From contig NW_021836298.1 of the NCBI RefSeq assembly GCF_006345805.1, positions 1 to 64,000 on the forward strand: a stretch of DNA of 64,000 nucleotides, written 5' to 3'. This stretch comes from Octopus sinensis (lineage: Eukaryota). The notes under the pieces were generated by a model that saw only the letters and a list, made by a program, of their open reading frames with translations, did not search any database and had not been told where the DNA came from. This document shows positions 25,726 to 38,850 of the stretch, piece after piece (positions within the stretch are counted from its first letter, which is position 1; every line of letters begins with the position of its first letter). The position numbers and the translations under genes are program-made.

Positions 25726-26172
25726 TTGCATAATGCCAAATCCGCATTATGCAGTTCATATCCATTTGACAGAATCACCTGTCAAAGTAATTGTGCAGTA
25801 TGTTCGACAAACCCACATGTGAACTGCAAAACCAAAGGCACCGTATACCAAATTGAGTGCCAAGAAGGAGCTTGCAAGACTAACCCAGAGTCATACATAG
25901 GTGAGACTTCTAGAAGTATCAATGATAGGTTCAAAGAACACCTGGACAACTACATTGAAAGGAAGCCAAACTCCATCTTCTACCAACATGCTGTGGACTG
26001 CCACAGGGGATCCTCAGGGAAACTTAAGTTAAACATCCTATCAACACATCCCACCGATGCAATGTTGAGACAGGTCACAGAAGCTGTTTGTATACAAGAA
26101 TACAAACCTACTCTCAACCGAAAATCCGAATGGAGTAACATCCAGATCCCATTCAGGCGGACTATTCTATAA
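25726..26172 (+). mobile_element. GIY-YIG endonuclease fragment, Penelope-like 3' end
   Basis: VYQIECQ...YIGETSRSINDRFKEH...EAVCIQEYKPTLN. Confidence 0.8.
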
Positions 26173-27951
26173 CCACCCCTCTCTCTCGTTTACATGTAAT
26201 CCTTACATACATGTTGCAATGCGTGGTGCTAAAACACTTATGTGCAGTTATATATAACCGTATGGGCGTACGTTGTTCGATACGTATGTGCGTGTGTGGT
26301 GCTATAAGAAAAATGCACATGCATGCACATATGAGCATGTATGGATGTATGTATGTATTGTATATGTATGCGCTTATGCATATATAAAAAAAAGAAAAAA
26401 GAAAAAGAGCAGATAGGTTAATATAATGCATTTTCGATTTTTAACCGTTGCCCTTGTATACTGTCGTATTTTGTATGTGTGTGTGTGTGCGTATGTATGT
26501 TTATGCATATGTGTGCATATGTGTGTGCGTGTGTGTGTGTGTATGTATGTAATAGGACATATGTATGTAAAAGTGGATAAGTATATATGAGTATATAATT
26601 TAAGATTATATGTATATTTATGAGTGTGTCTATATGATTGTGTGTACTTGCGTATATGTATATGGTTATATGTGCACAGTTGCACCGAAATGTTGTATCC
26701 ATTCACAGTTAGACGATGATGAGAGGAACAAACACACACCCACACACATATATATATATATATATATGTGTGCGTCTATACAAACATATATGTGTGTATA
26801 TAGACAACCTTCAACAATGTGACGGCGAGCTAGCAGAAACGTTAGCACGTCTGTCGTTACGTTCCGAGTTCAAATTCCGCCGAGGTCGACTTTGCCTTTC
26901 ATCCTTTCTGGGTCGATAAATTAAGTACCAGTTACGCACTGAGGGTCGATGCAATCAACTTAAATCCCTTTGTCTGTCCTTGTTTGTCCCCTCTGTGTTT
27001 AGCCCTTGTGGGTAGTAAAGAAATATATAGACAACCTTTAACAAATTAACAGTGATATACACAACTTGGACGGACACATACCAGTACACGGACATACGTT
27101 CACATGCACATACACATGTACACACACACACACACAGACACGTCTGCCCATTCTCCTAGATACTCACATACATATGTAGCACATAAGTACAAACATACAT
27201 ACATACCTGCGTATGGGCATACACACGTACATACGCACGTACATGTACGCGCACACATACATAGGTACATGCATACGTGCGCGTGTACATACATACGCAC
27301 ATGCGTACGTACGTGCATACACACATACCTACATACATACATACATACATACATACACACATACACACATACATACGTATATATATATATATATATATTA
27401 TATATTTATATAACCTGAAGTAACCGGATGTAAGGGGGAAAATAGTTATAGTAAAACAAACGTTTTGTGATATTCAGATAAATGTCTGATAATAGGTTTT
27501 AGAGTTTTGTTTTGGGGGTGAGGGTCGTAAATCACTTCCTAGTTTAGACGGGGAAGGTTGAAGTTTGATATTATTGTGATGAGTGGTCAGTCTACATCTA
27601 TCCATCACTATAGGTTTATAGCTTTAAGTTTATAGTGTGTATGTGCGTCCATATACACACATACATACATACATACATACATACATACATACATACATAC
27701 ACACAGGCGTATGTACGTACATACATACATACATGGATACATGCATACATGCGTGTATAAATACATACACACATACATACGTACATATATATGACGAACT
27801 AACTGTTACTTTCTCAGATGCAGCACGGATTTTTGTCAGTGAACAGGTCGCGGATTTTAGCGACGAAAATATTTTGACGAATTAAACTTAAATGTTGAAG
27901 TGAATCGAACGGTTTTTGTGTGTTTCTTAAATGGATCTTTCCTTTTCCTAT

Positions 27952-27986
27952 GTTTCTGACGAAAAGTTCCTCTCGAAACGTTAAAC
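27952..27986 (+). ncRNA. Minimal type I hammerhead-like motif
   Basis: GTTT CTGACGA AAAGTTCCTCTC GAAA CGTT AAAC: canonical core, 4-bp stem I, one mismatch in stem II. Confidence 0.5.
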
Positions 27987-28092
27987 CCTCCTTCTTTCCT
28001 TATTTCCTCAGCGTCCAATAATACTATACTTGTTCCACGTCCTCGCGTTGTTGTGTTTTCTCTTTGTGTTTTCATGTTTGGATTAACTATAT

Positions 28093-28304
28093 ATATATAT
28101 ATATATTTATATAAAGGGAAAGTTTACGAAAATAAACAAAAGGCAAAGGCAGGTGGTGTACAAGCAAACAAATGTATTAGTATAGCGCTCAGGAATAGAA
28201 AAAGTCTTTTACGTTTCGAGCCTACGCTCTTCCACAGAAAGATACACAGAAAAAAACAAGGAGAGAAACAAGGAGAGAAAACATGCGTATAGTAGCTAAC
28301 GATC

Positions 28305-28305
<1 letters not shown>
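28093..28305 (-). repeat. Penelope-type pseudo-LTR copy with hammerhead-like motif (28205-28242)
   Basis: Reverse complement of the 17164-17375 family; core CTGTGGA. Confidence 0.7.
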
Positions 28306-28376
<71 letters not shown>

Positions 28377-28583
28377 ATATATATATGTATATATATCATA
28401 TATATATATATATATATATATATGAATTAGAAAAAAGCCACCTTTTATCAATTGAAAATGAACAATTAAATTACACCAGAATATTACATATAATAGAAAT
28501 ATTAAATATAAAATAACAATAATAAACCGATGATTAAGTAAATTGCAAAATAATAATAAATAAAACGTATATATTTGGTAGAA

Positions 28584-28686
28584 TAACGAACGTGTTTCGT
28601 GGCTATATTTAAGAAACGATTATAGTAAAATAATTAATAGTAGTAGCAAAACCACTTCGATATAAATATAGCCACTCATCAGGTTA
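28584..28686 (-). ncRNA. Type I hammerhead ribozyme candidate
   Basis: TAAC CTGATGA GTGGCTATATTTA [loop] TAAATATAGCCAC GAAA CACGTTC GTTA: canonical core, perfect 13-bp stem II, 4-bp stem I. Confidence 0.62.
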
Positions 28687-29139
28687 AAAATAAACTACAA
28701 TAATTAAATAATTAATTAATAAATATACGTAAATAATCTTTTAAAATATAGATATATTCTTTAAAATACATATATATATTCTTATCTTTTCGTTTCACTC
28801 TGCCTGCAATTATCACAGAGTTTGCATGGTCGCTGAAGTGAAGGCAAATGGCTTAGAGGTTAGGGTTATTCGGCTTAGATTTGGGGTGATATATGAAAAT
28901 CGGCTGGGGTGGGAGAGAGAGGATTTGCTGAGTAACTTTAATTTTTATATGAGTGACAACAGACAACTTTGATATACTTGGCTGTTGTTTCTAGCATCCC
29001 GTAGGACTACCAATTGGATAATATTCCTCCGGATGCTTCTTAAAGTCTCCTTTAATCCTTCATGAAAAGCAATACAAAATATAATCTATTATTTTTAGCA
29101 TATTACCCGACCACTTGTAGGACAATATATTTGATAGAC

Positions 29140-30800
29140 GTTTCCTCAGAGAGAATGGAAGAATGAAAAGAGAATTAAAGAAGGAATGAAAGAAAAGAGG
29201 AGGGAAGGAATAAAGTAACGTGACTCTGTAATAATGCATGAAATGAGAGCGGAAGAAAGAAAGAAAGCGAAGTGATTCCGTAATAAACAAAGAGATAAGA
29301 GTGGGGGAGAAAGAAAGAGAGAAAGGGAGAAAGAAAGTAAAAAGAAAGAAGGAAAAATACAAAGAATGAAGGAAAAAAGAAGAAATAAAGAAAGAAAGAA
29401 GGAAAATGAAAGAAAGAAGGAGAGAAATATAAGAGTAGGGCGAGAGAGAGAGAGAAAAGGAGAAAAGGAAAGGACACGAAACAACGACAAAAAAAGGAAG
29501 GATGAAAAAGATAAGAAGCAAAGAAGAAGGAAAGATAAGAGCGAGGAAAGAAACAAGAATGACGGGTAAGAAGAATGAAATGAAAAACAGAAAGAAAAAC
29601 AAAGAAGTAAGGAAAATTCGAGAAGAAAACAAAGAAAGAATGAGAGAAATGAAGGAAGAAAGAAAGAAAAACAGAAAGGAAAGAATGAAAGAAAGAAAGA
29701 AGAAAAAGAGGCAAAGAAAGAAAGAAGAAAGAAAGAATGAATGAAAGAAGGAGAGAAGAATGAAAGGAAAAGGAAAGAAAGAAAGAAAGAAGAAACAAAG
29801 AAACAAAGAAGAGAAAGAAAGAAAGAGAAAGGAAAGAAAGAAAGAAAGAAAGAGAAAAGAAAGAAAGTAAAAAGAAAGAAGGAAATAAATAAAAAAGAAA
29901 GGAAAAGGAAAGAAAGAAAGAAAGAAAGAAAGAAAAAGAAAGAAAGAAAGAAGGAAAAAAACAGAAAGAAAGTAAAGGGAAACAAAAGAAAGAAAGAATG
30001 AGAGAGAGATAGAGAGGAAGGCGACATAATTCTGTAAAAATGATGAGAAGAAAGAGGGAGAGGGAGGGAGAGAAGGGGAGGAAGGAGGAGGGATTAGAGA
30101 AATAAATGTTAAGAAGAGAGGAGGAGTATGAGATGAGAGAGAAAGAGTAAAAAGGCGGAGCATTAATATATAATAAGGTAATAGAGAGAGGGAGAGAGGG
30201 AGAAAGAGAGAGACAGACAAACAGAGACACGGAGACAGAGAGAGAGACATAAGAAGCGAGAGGGAGAAAGAGAGAGACTGAAATAGAGAAATCGAGAGAG
30301 CAAAGAGAGAGAAAGACAGACAGAGAGAAAGAGAGGGAGAGGGAAAGGGAGGAGAAAGGGAGGGAAAGAATGAGGTGAAGAGAATGAGAGAATATTATAT
30401 AAGGAGGTGGAGGGAGAGAGAGAATGATATATAGGTTTAGAAAGAGAGGGAGAGTGTGACGTGGGGCGGAGCGCAAAAGAGGTAGAGGGAGAGTACGGGA
30501 TATGAGGTGGTAAAGAGGGAGGGAGAGAGAGACAAAAAGTGAGGGAGGGGGAGGAAATAGAGATGATGTATGAGATATATGCTTTGTGAGGGAGGGAGAG
30601 TAAGAGTTGAGAGAAAACGAGGGATGGGGGAGGCGGGGTTAAACAATAACATAAATAAGTGAAAGAGGGGAGGGAGAGGAGTAGCGAAGGAGAGGGAATG
30701 ATGTGTGTGATAAGAGAGGGAGTCTATCATGTATTAGAGAAAGGAAGAGGGGAAGGATGAGGTATTAATACAGAATGAGGAAGGAGAGAGAAGAGTTTCG
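29140..30800. repeat. Polypurine (GAAA/GA) low-complexity tract
   Basis: Strongly A/G-biased plus strand. Confidence 0.9.
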
Positions 30801-30952
30801 AAGTGTCCTTCATTTTCATATGAAACACAAAACCAAACTTTAACATACTTGGCTGTTATTTCTAGCATCACATTTGATCCCCAACTGGACTATATTTCCT
30901 TAGAAGCTCCTTAAAGTGACCTTCATAAAAATGATGTAAAGTATAGCGTAAT

Positions 30953-31524
30953 GGGCTGTTATTTCTAGCAAGATAACAGACCATCAATACGTTTTATAGA
31001 CGCTTCTTCACTTGGTTTCTCATTCGAAGAAGAAGTCTGACCAGATCCGGGAAAAAGTTTTATAAATGCTTCTTAAATTGTCTTTCAATTTTGTATGAAA
31101 AACAAAGCAACTTTGAATGTAGTGGGCTGTTATTTCTAGCAAGACGCCAGACCACCAATACGTTTTATAGACGCTTCTTCACTTGGTTTCTCATTCGAGG
31201 AAGAAGTCTGACCAGATCCGGGAAAAAGTTTTATAAATGCTTCTTAAATTGTCTTTCAATTTTGTATGAAAAACAAAGCAACTTTGAGTGTAGTGGGCTG
31301 TTATTTCTAGCAAGATAACAGACCACCAATACGTTTTATAGACGCTTCTTCACTTGGTTTCTCCTTCGAGGAAGAAGTCTGACCAGATCCGGGAAAAAGT
31401 TTTATAAATGCTTCTTAAATTGTCTTTCAATTTCGTATGAAAAACAAAGCAACTTTGAGTGTAGTGGGCTGTTATTTCTAGCAAGATACCAGACCACCAA
31501 TACGTTTTATAGACGCTTCTTCAC
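30953..31524. repeat. 171-bp tandem repeat, about 3.3 units
   Basis: Units start at 30953, 31124, 31295 and 31466; nearly identical. Confidence 0.95.
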
Positions 31525-32700
31525 TCAGAGAAAGAATGAGAGTGAGAGAGAGAGAGAGAGACAGAATGCGTGAGAGAGAGAGAGAGAGGGAAAGAAAGGA
31601 AGAAAGAGTGAGAGAGAGAAAGCCTAGGGAAGGGGAGGGATATATTAATGTATGAGAAAGCAGAGAAAGAATGAGAGTGGGAGAGAGAGAGAGACAGAAT
31701 GCGTGAGAGAGAGAGAGAGGGAGAAAGAAAGGAAGAAAGAGTGAGAGAGAGAGAGAGAGAATGCGTGAGAGAGAGAGAGAGTGAGAAAGAAAGGAAGAAA
31801 GATTGAGAGAGAGAAAGCCTAGGGAAGGGGAGGGATATATTAATGTATGAGGAAGCAGAGAAAGAATGAGAGTGGGAGAGAGAGAGAGAGAGAGAGACAG
31901 AATGCGTGAGAGAGAGAGAGAGAGATAGAAAGGAAGAAAGAGTGAGAGAGAGAAAGCCTAGGGAAGGGTAGGGATATATTAATGTATGAGGAAGCAGAGA
32001 AAGAATGAGAGTGGGAGAGAGAGAGAGAGAGAGACAGAATGAGTGAGAGAGAGAGAGAGAGATAGAAAGGAAGAAAGAGTGAGAGAGAGAAAGCCTAGGG
32101 AAGGGGAGGGATATATTAATGTATGAGGAAGCAGAGAAAGAATGAGAGTGGGAGAGAGAGAGAGAGACAGAATGCGTGAGAGAGAGAGGGGAAGAGAGAA
32201 AGAAAGGAAAAAGAGAGATAGAGAAATCTAGGGGAGGGGGAGGGATACAATAATGTGTGGGGTGCTGAGAGGGAAAGAAAAAGGAGAGAAAAACCTAAGG
32301 GAGGGGAGGGATATATTAATATATGAGGAAGCAGAGAAAGAATGAGAGTTGGAGAGAGAGAGAGAGAGAGAGAGAAAGAAAGGAAGAAAGAGTGAGAGAG
32401 CGAAAGCCTAGGGAAGGGGAGGGGTATATTAATGTATGAGGAAGGAGAGAAAGAATGAGAGTGGGAGAGAGAGAGAGAGAAAGCCTAGGGAAGGGGAGGG
32501 GTATATTAATGTATGAGGAAGGAGAGAAAGAATGAGAGTGGGAGAGAGAGAGAGACAGAATGCGTGAGAGAGAGAGAGAGAAAGAAAGGAAAGAGAGAAA
32601 CCCTAGGGAAGGGGAGGGGTATATTAATGTATGAGGTAGCAGAGAGAGTGTGAGAGTGAGTGCGTGAGAGAGAGAGAGATAGAGAGAGGGGGAACTGATA
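31525..32700. repeat. GA-rich minisatellite, about 10 units of roughly 90-125 bp
   Basis: Recurrent AAAGCCTAGGGAAGGGGAGGG(A/G)TATATTAATGTATGAG. Confidence 0.9.
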
Positions 32701-33207
32701 TATATACGTTTAGGAAGTGAGGGAGAGGATGAGGTGAACGATATAGTAAGGCAGGCGGGGTGGTTAAACATGAATATATAATGAGGTGCAGAGAGAAAGG
32801 AGAGAAAGAGGGAGAAGTGGGAGGATATGTTTTGAGGGAGGGAGAAAGAAAATGCTATTTGTGTTTAATAAGAAAGAGAGAAGGGGAGGGGGGAAGCATT
32901 GGGTAATTTATGATGAGGTGAGAGGCGGAGGAGAAGAGAAAGAGAGAGAGAGAGACATAGAAAGAGGGAGAGAGCGCGAGAGAATAATAAATATATTTAC
33001 CAATAGAGGAAGAGTATGAGTTAATAAAGGAAGCAAAAATGGGCGGAGTCACGTATACGATGTAGTGGGAGGAGTCAACGTTGAATCGGTAAGAATAATA
33101 ACTCTTATTAGATCCCTTTTACTTTAAATTCTATTGTTTTCTTTTATGCGAAATAAAATCTGTTTTTCTGCGCAGTTTGTGAAGATTTCCAAATATGATT
33201 TCATGCA

Positions 33208-33706
33208 AATAATAGATCGAAGTGTTAGACATACAGCATCTCGAAAGAGTCCAGAAGCTGGCTACCCGCATGGTTCATGGTCTCAAAAATTTGTCCTACG
33301 AAGAAAGGCTGAGGACGCTCGACCTTTATTCTCTTGAAAAACGCCGCCGCCGTGGTGATCTCATTCTCGCCCACAACATCATAAGCGGAAAGTGTAACCT
33401 CTCGAAAGAGCTGTTCTTCACTCCTGCTCCAGAGCGTCGGCTGCGGGGTCATTCCGAAAAGCTCTACCTGCGACGATTTCATCTCAATCGAAGGAGAGGA
33501 GCTTTCTCCGTCCGGATTGCGGATCCGTGGAACAAGCCGCCAGACGAGATGGTGAAGATGCCGACGACCGATTTGTTCAAAGCCTCCCTGGACCTCAAGT
33601 GGCCTGAACTCTTTACATGAACACCACCCTGTACTTAACTCCATGTCCCCCTACATGGCCTTGCTATTTGCTTTCGAGCCAAATTAACTAACTAACTAAC
33701 TAACTA
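33208..33706 (+). mobile_element. CR1-clade LINE 3' fragment
   Basis: LERVQKLATRMVHGLKNLSYEERL...LEKRRRRGDLI, followed by an (AACT)n tail. Confidence 0.88.
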
Positions 33707-34489
33707 ATATATTATCAATAAATATCGAACACTTCTCCTCATCACTAATTCGTTTTTCGTTTGACATCTAAAAATTTCGCTTTTTTAATATTACGATTCT
33801 TACCCCTTAGCTTCGCTCCTCCCTGCAATCGTCACACAGCCTCGATTGTGGTTGCACATGCTAGAAGCAACAGCCAAACCTCACATGATAAAATATGAAA
33901 CGTTTTTATCATTTGTTTTCTTAATTTCTTGAAAATTAAATTTCTTTTTTCGATTGGCGTTTGGTCAGAAAGCTCGAAAGATAAGCCAGTGCCTGAGCAA
34001 TACAAAGAGGGGAGAGCAAGAATATGCAAGGCTAGTACAGTTTAGTGCAGCCGTGCACCGGTTGTCGTCCTATTTTAAGCTGCAAAAATGTGAGAGTCAA
34101 ATACGAGAGGAAAGGGATCAGACCGGAAGGGATGTGAATGGAACAGGAAAGAAGTGAATGCAATGGAATAGAAGAAAAGTGAACTAAATCCTAAAATTTG
34201 CGAATATATTTAGGTAATAGGGAAAAAAAGTATGTTTAATTTAAAATGTAATTTCCATTTTTAAAAGAAAGAACATTCTCGAATACATGTTTCTTATAGT
34301 TGAACGTCCGCGTGTATTTATGGAGAGAAGAGGTCGGTTTGTTCCTGCTGTGGGCGAGAGTTTGTTTATTTTAATTTGGCTGACATCCATCTCGATAATG
34401 TGTTGCTTTCAGTAGCCTAGGGTCGAAAGCACGAATCCCGATAAAACCGCTGACAAAATAAAATAAAATCGATTTTCTGTCCCAACTGA

Positions 34490-35950
34490 AATGTGCATGT
34501 CAGGTGATCGTCCTGTTTTCTGGAAGAATTATGTTGCTGAAGAAAATATGCACCAGAACAATGAAGAAATCGTCTCTAAACGGAAAGTGAAGATTTTTCT
34601 TATAAATATCCAAAGGAAGCTTGAAGTTGACAGCTTCGATATCTACAGCCACAATGGTCTTCCTTGACCAGATACAAGAATTGTTGAAGTAGCTAATATT
34701 CCAATTGGGCTTAGAGAAGAAACCATTTTTAAGGCGAAAAAATGTATTAATAAACTTCTGCCAACTTTAGACATTGAACAACGACTAGATTTCGATAAAG
34801 CTATCAGGTCCATAAATAGTAAAAGAAGGAAGAATTCTGTTCTTAAATGCAAATGGTGGCACAGGGAAAACCTATGTGATCAACATCATACTTGATAGTT
34901 GCTACTGCCACGTCTGCTATTGCAACCACTTTGCTTCTGAAAGGGAGAGTTCTTCATTCTATGTCCAGGATTTCTCTCAGTGAGACTACAAAATCAACAT
35001 TAAGACTCACAAAGAGAGACGCCACAAGAGAATTTGTGCCTCAATCTGGTCTCTTAGTTATCGATGGGACCAGGATGGGGCCTAAGCATCTCTGTGAGTG
35101 CCTTGAAAGGAGATTGCATGATGTGTGAGACTGTAACAAACCTGTTTGTGAATTTACTATATTACTGTCTGGTGATAGAAAACAAATTCTTGCAGTTATG
35201 TCATCTTGGAAGATTATAATTTGTTGATGCAGATCTTTTCTTGAGGATTGAGTAGAAATAGTGAAGATAGGAACCAATCTAAGACTTCTTACAAAAGGTC
35301 ATTCTGATGAAAAAGAGTCTGTTAATCACCATTTTGATGCTGGAAATGGTGATATTTCTGTCGAACAAAGTCTAGGTGCATCCAAAATCAACCTGCTTTA
35401 CAACTTTGGCCTGTCAAGTTTATGTGATGTTGTCTTGCAAATAATTTCACAGACCCCATGTGGCTTGCAAACAGACCCAATATTACTCCAACAAATGAAA
35501 TATCACAATTTGTAAATGAATTCATGTTGACCAGGATCCCTGGTGAGGTAAAGATATGCAGAAGCTCAGATACAGTTGATAATGAAGCTCTGTACCTAAT
35601 CAAATTCATCAACACACTCCTACCATCAGGGTTTCCATGGACATATCCTCACACTAAAGACAAGAGGCTGCATTAGGTTTTTGAAGAATTTAGATGCTAA
35701 ACAAGACCATTGCAATGACACAGGCTACGTTATTATCTGCTTCCAAGATCTTATTATTGCTGCCGGGGTTGCTTGTGGTTCTTTTGCAGGATGAATGTTG
35801 GTATTCTCAGGGATCCCAAATGGGTCTCAAGGAATGGAGTTCCCATTCATAGTTACCATACAAACAATTTCCTGTGGAACCATTCTTTGCTTTGACATGC
35901 AACAAAGCACAGGGACAGACATTTAAACAAATTGGAATATATCTTCCAAC
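34490..35950 (+). mobile_element. Degenerate Helitron PIF1-type helicase fragment
   Basis: GGTGKTY, VATATSAIATTLLLKGRVLHS, LSGDRKQILAV and GFP remnants. Confidence 0.75.
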
Positions 35951-36214
35951 ACAACTCTTCTCCCGTGGTCAGCTATAAGTGTCACTTTCTAGAGTTTGGA
36001 TGAAGCCTCATGGCAAATTATTGGCAGAGAGAAATAGAAACCGTATTTACTAACAATCGAGTCGACAAGGAGGTTCTATTTGACAGGAAAATATGCATTT
36101 TAAGTAAGTTTCATAATATTGAATTTCATTCTTCATTTTTTTTTCTTGAAACTTCCACAGAGTTTTTAAACTGTTTATGTAACAATGGAAGTGTTTAGAG
36201 AGAGGTCGGGGCTT

Positions 36215-36382
36215 ACAACAACAACATCAACAACAAATGAAATTTCAAAGTTATCTTTATTTCCAAAGTAAATCTCCAGCAAAAAGGGAGCCAAACCAAG
36301 ATCTGCTATAATTAGTACCCGAATCCTACTCCATTCAAATTTTATCATCTTAAAGACAAGGTGGTTCTGGGTTCTCTATACT
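36215..36382 (-). pseudogene. Orphan 3'-UTR remnant of a third family member
   Basis: Shares blocks (GAGAACCCAGAACCAC, TACTAATT-TAGCAGATC, GGTTTGGCTCC, GAAATAAAGATAA-CTTTGAAAT) with the 3' ends of A (about 22375-22570) and B (about 41140-41350). Confidence 0.7.
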
Positions 36383-37435
36383 TGGGAAAAAACATGGCGG
36401 TGGTGTTGAGTGTCTGGTTCGAAATAGATCTAAATAACTTTAATATTTCTCTAAACGTAGCGAACGTTACAACTTTCAAAGTTATACATAATTCTCGCAA
36501 CTGGAAATAAATTGGAGACGGTTTCATTCTAAGCATGGAAAGACTTTGTAGGCAAGGTGTGGCTGTGCAGTAAAAAAATTTCGTTCGCAACCAAGTGGTT
36601 TCTAGTTCAATCCCAGTGCATGGTACATTAGGCAAGTGTTTTTCAGTGTTTAGTACTATACCCTTGGATGGACCAATTCTGGAAAGAATGGAAGCCCGTT
36701 GTGTAGTTGTGTGTGTGATTGTGTTCGTGTTTGACGTTGTCTCGCATCACCGTGTGAAGACCGGTGTTGGTTTGTTTACTCCGTCGCAACTCGTCGCTTC
36801 CGTAAAAGGAACTGATAGACTTATAAGCGTTGATCTGATTAAGGAAACTATTTAAGCCGGTGCCCCAGCATGACCGAGCCAAATGAATGCAATTTGTAAA
36901 AGAATATACGAACACAATTTTGTTTTCGTAAATATTTCGAAAATTGTAAATATTTTAAAGAAACATCGAAATTAGTTTCAAATCTGCTTTTTTCCTTCTC
37001 ATTAATCTCATCTTTTGTATTTTTAATTATTTCCTTTCTTTTCTTCTTTATGTAAGAATATTCTGTTTGATAAAAATCCTCATTAATCCTCACATTACAT
37101 TGAATGGCCATTTTCTTCATTAAGCCTTTGTAGCTTATTTGCAGGTTTATCTTTGGAGTTTTCTGACCAAATGCCAATCAGAAAATAGAAAAATTATAAA
37201 CAACTTTTACACTTTATCATTTCTTATATGAGATTTGGCTGTGATTTCTAGCTGGTCTCTCGACTATAGAGGTTGTGTGACGATTGCGGGTTCTAGATTT
37301 TGAAGTTCTAGTTTAGGAAGCAGAAGTGTAAAAATGTGAAATTGTTAGATGTCAAACGCAAAACAAACCAGTGATGTGGAAGATGTTGGAGTTGAAACTA
37401 AAAAGGGTTCTAATAAGAGTTATTATCCTTACTTT

Positions 37436-37840
37436 CTTTCTCTCCTTCCATCTCTCTCTATATAAACGGCAGTTTGTCTGTCTGTGTGTCTGTGTGTCTG
37501 TGTGTCTGTCAGGTTGTACCCTCACCCTGACCACGGCTTTCAACCGATTCTGATGAAACTTGACACACACATAGCCCAATGTCATAATTCAAAACTAACG
37601 CAGCGAAAATTTTGAAAAGTTCCCCCAGTTCTGAAAAACATCGATAAATTCGACATGGGGTCGAGAATCAGAAACACAAACCACAGACTGTCTAGGGGAC
37701 GCAACTCGACCGTTTTTACTAAAAAAAATTTACCATCGTTTTTTTCCATTCTTTTGCTATTTTTTGGCTATAACTCTCTAAAAATACTTTATAGTTATTT
37801 CCCTTACAAACCCGAGCAACGCCGGGTGATACTGCTAGTC
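37436..37840 (-). mobile_element. HINE-like element
   Basis: CCCGAGCAACGCCGGGTGATACTGCTAGT terminus, internal (TGTC)n; shares sequence with 63682-63830. Confidence 0.65.
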
Positions 37841-38099
37841 TTGCTATATAATTCAGTATTACTCTCGCACCCAGCTTTCATTATTACCTCATACCCTTCC
37901 TCTATTAGTAAATATATTTATCGTTCGGCTTCTCTTTCTCTTCTGCGCACTCTCCCCCTCTAACTATCCCAGTCTCTCCTTCTATCTCTCCCCCTCTCTC
38001 TCTCTCTCCCTACAATACATGTTACAGTAGCCTTCCCCTCTCCTACTTTCTCTTTTAACTCCTCCTCTGCCTACGTTTCCATACACATATCATTTACTA

Positions 38100-38256
38100 T
38101 CGATTTCTCTCTCTCTCTCTCTCTCTTTCACTCTCTTTCTCTCTCGCTTTCTCTCTCGCTTTCTCTCTCTCTCTCTCTTTCTCTCTCGCTTTCTCTCTCT
38201 CTCTCTCTCTCGTTCTCTCGTTCTCTCTCTCACTTTCTCTCTCACTTTCTCTTTCA

Positions 38257-38294
<38 letters not shown>

Positions 38295-38850
38295 TTCTCT
38301 CTCACTTTCTCTTTCACTCTCTCTCTCTCTCTCTCGTTCTCTCTCTCACTTTCTCTCTCGTTCTCTCTCTCACTTTCTCTCTCACTTTCTCTTCACTTCT
38401 CTTCTCTCTCGCTTCTCTCTCTCTCTCTCTCTCGTCTCTCACTTTCTCTCTCACTTTCTCACTCTCTCTCTCTCTCTCTTTTTCTGTTTCTCTCTCTCAC
38501 TTTCTCTCTCACTTCTCTTTCACTCTCTCTTCTCTCTGCTTTCTCTCTCTCTCTCTCTCTCTCGCGCTTCTATCTCACTTTCTTCTCACTTTCTCTTCAC
38601 TCTCTCTCTCTCTCTTCTCTCTCTCTCTTCTCTCTCTCTTTCTCTTCGCTTTCTCTCTCTCTCTCTCTCTTCTCTCGCTTTCTCTGTCACTTTCTCTTTC
38701 ACTTTCTCTTTCACTCTCTCTTTCGCTCTCGCTTTCTCTCTCTCTCTCTCTCTCACTTTCTCTTTCTCTTTCCCTCTCTCTTACTCTCTCGCTTTCTCTC
38801 TCTATATATCTCTCTCTTTCTTTCTCTCTCTCTCTCGTTCTCTCTCATAA
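38100..38850. repeat. Polypyrimidine (CT/CACTTT) tract
   Basis: Almost exclusively C/T on the plus strand. Confidence 0.9.

Noticed and set aside
29060-30476. 293-433 aa F/L/S-rich ORFs
   Set aside because: Stop-free by composition of the polypurine tract; no domain signal.
30953-31524. CRISPR array or alpha-satellite-like centromere
   Set aside because: No unique spacers, eukaryotic context, only about 3.3 units; the 171-bp length match is coincidental.
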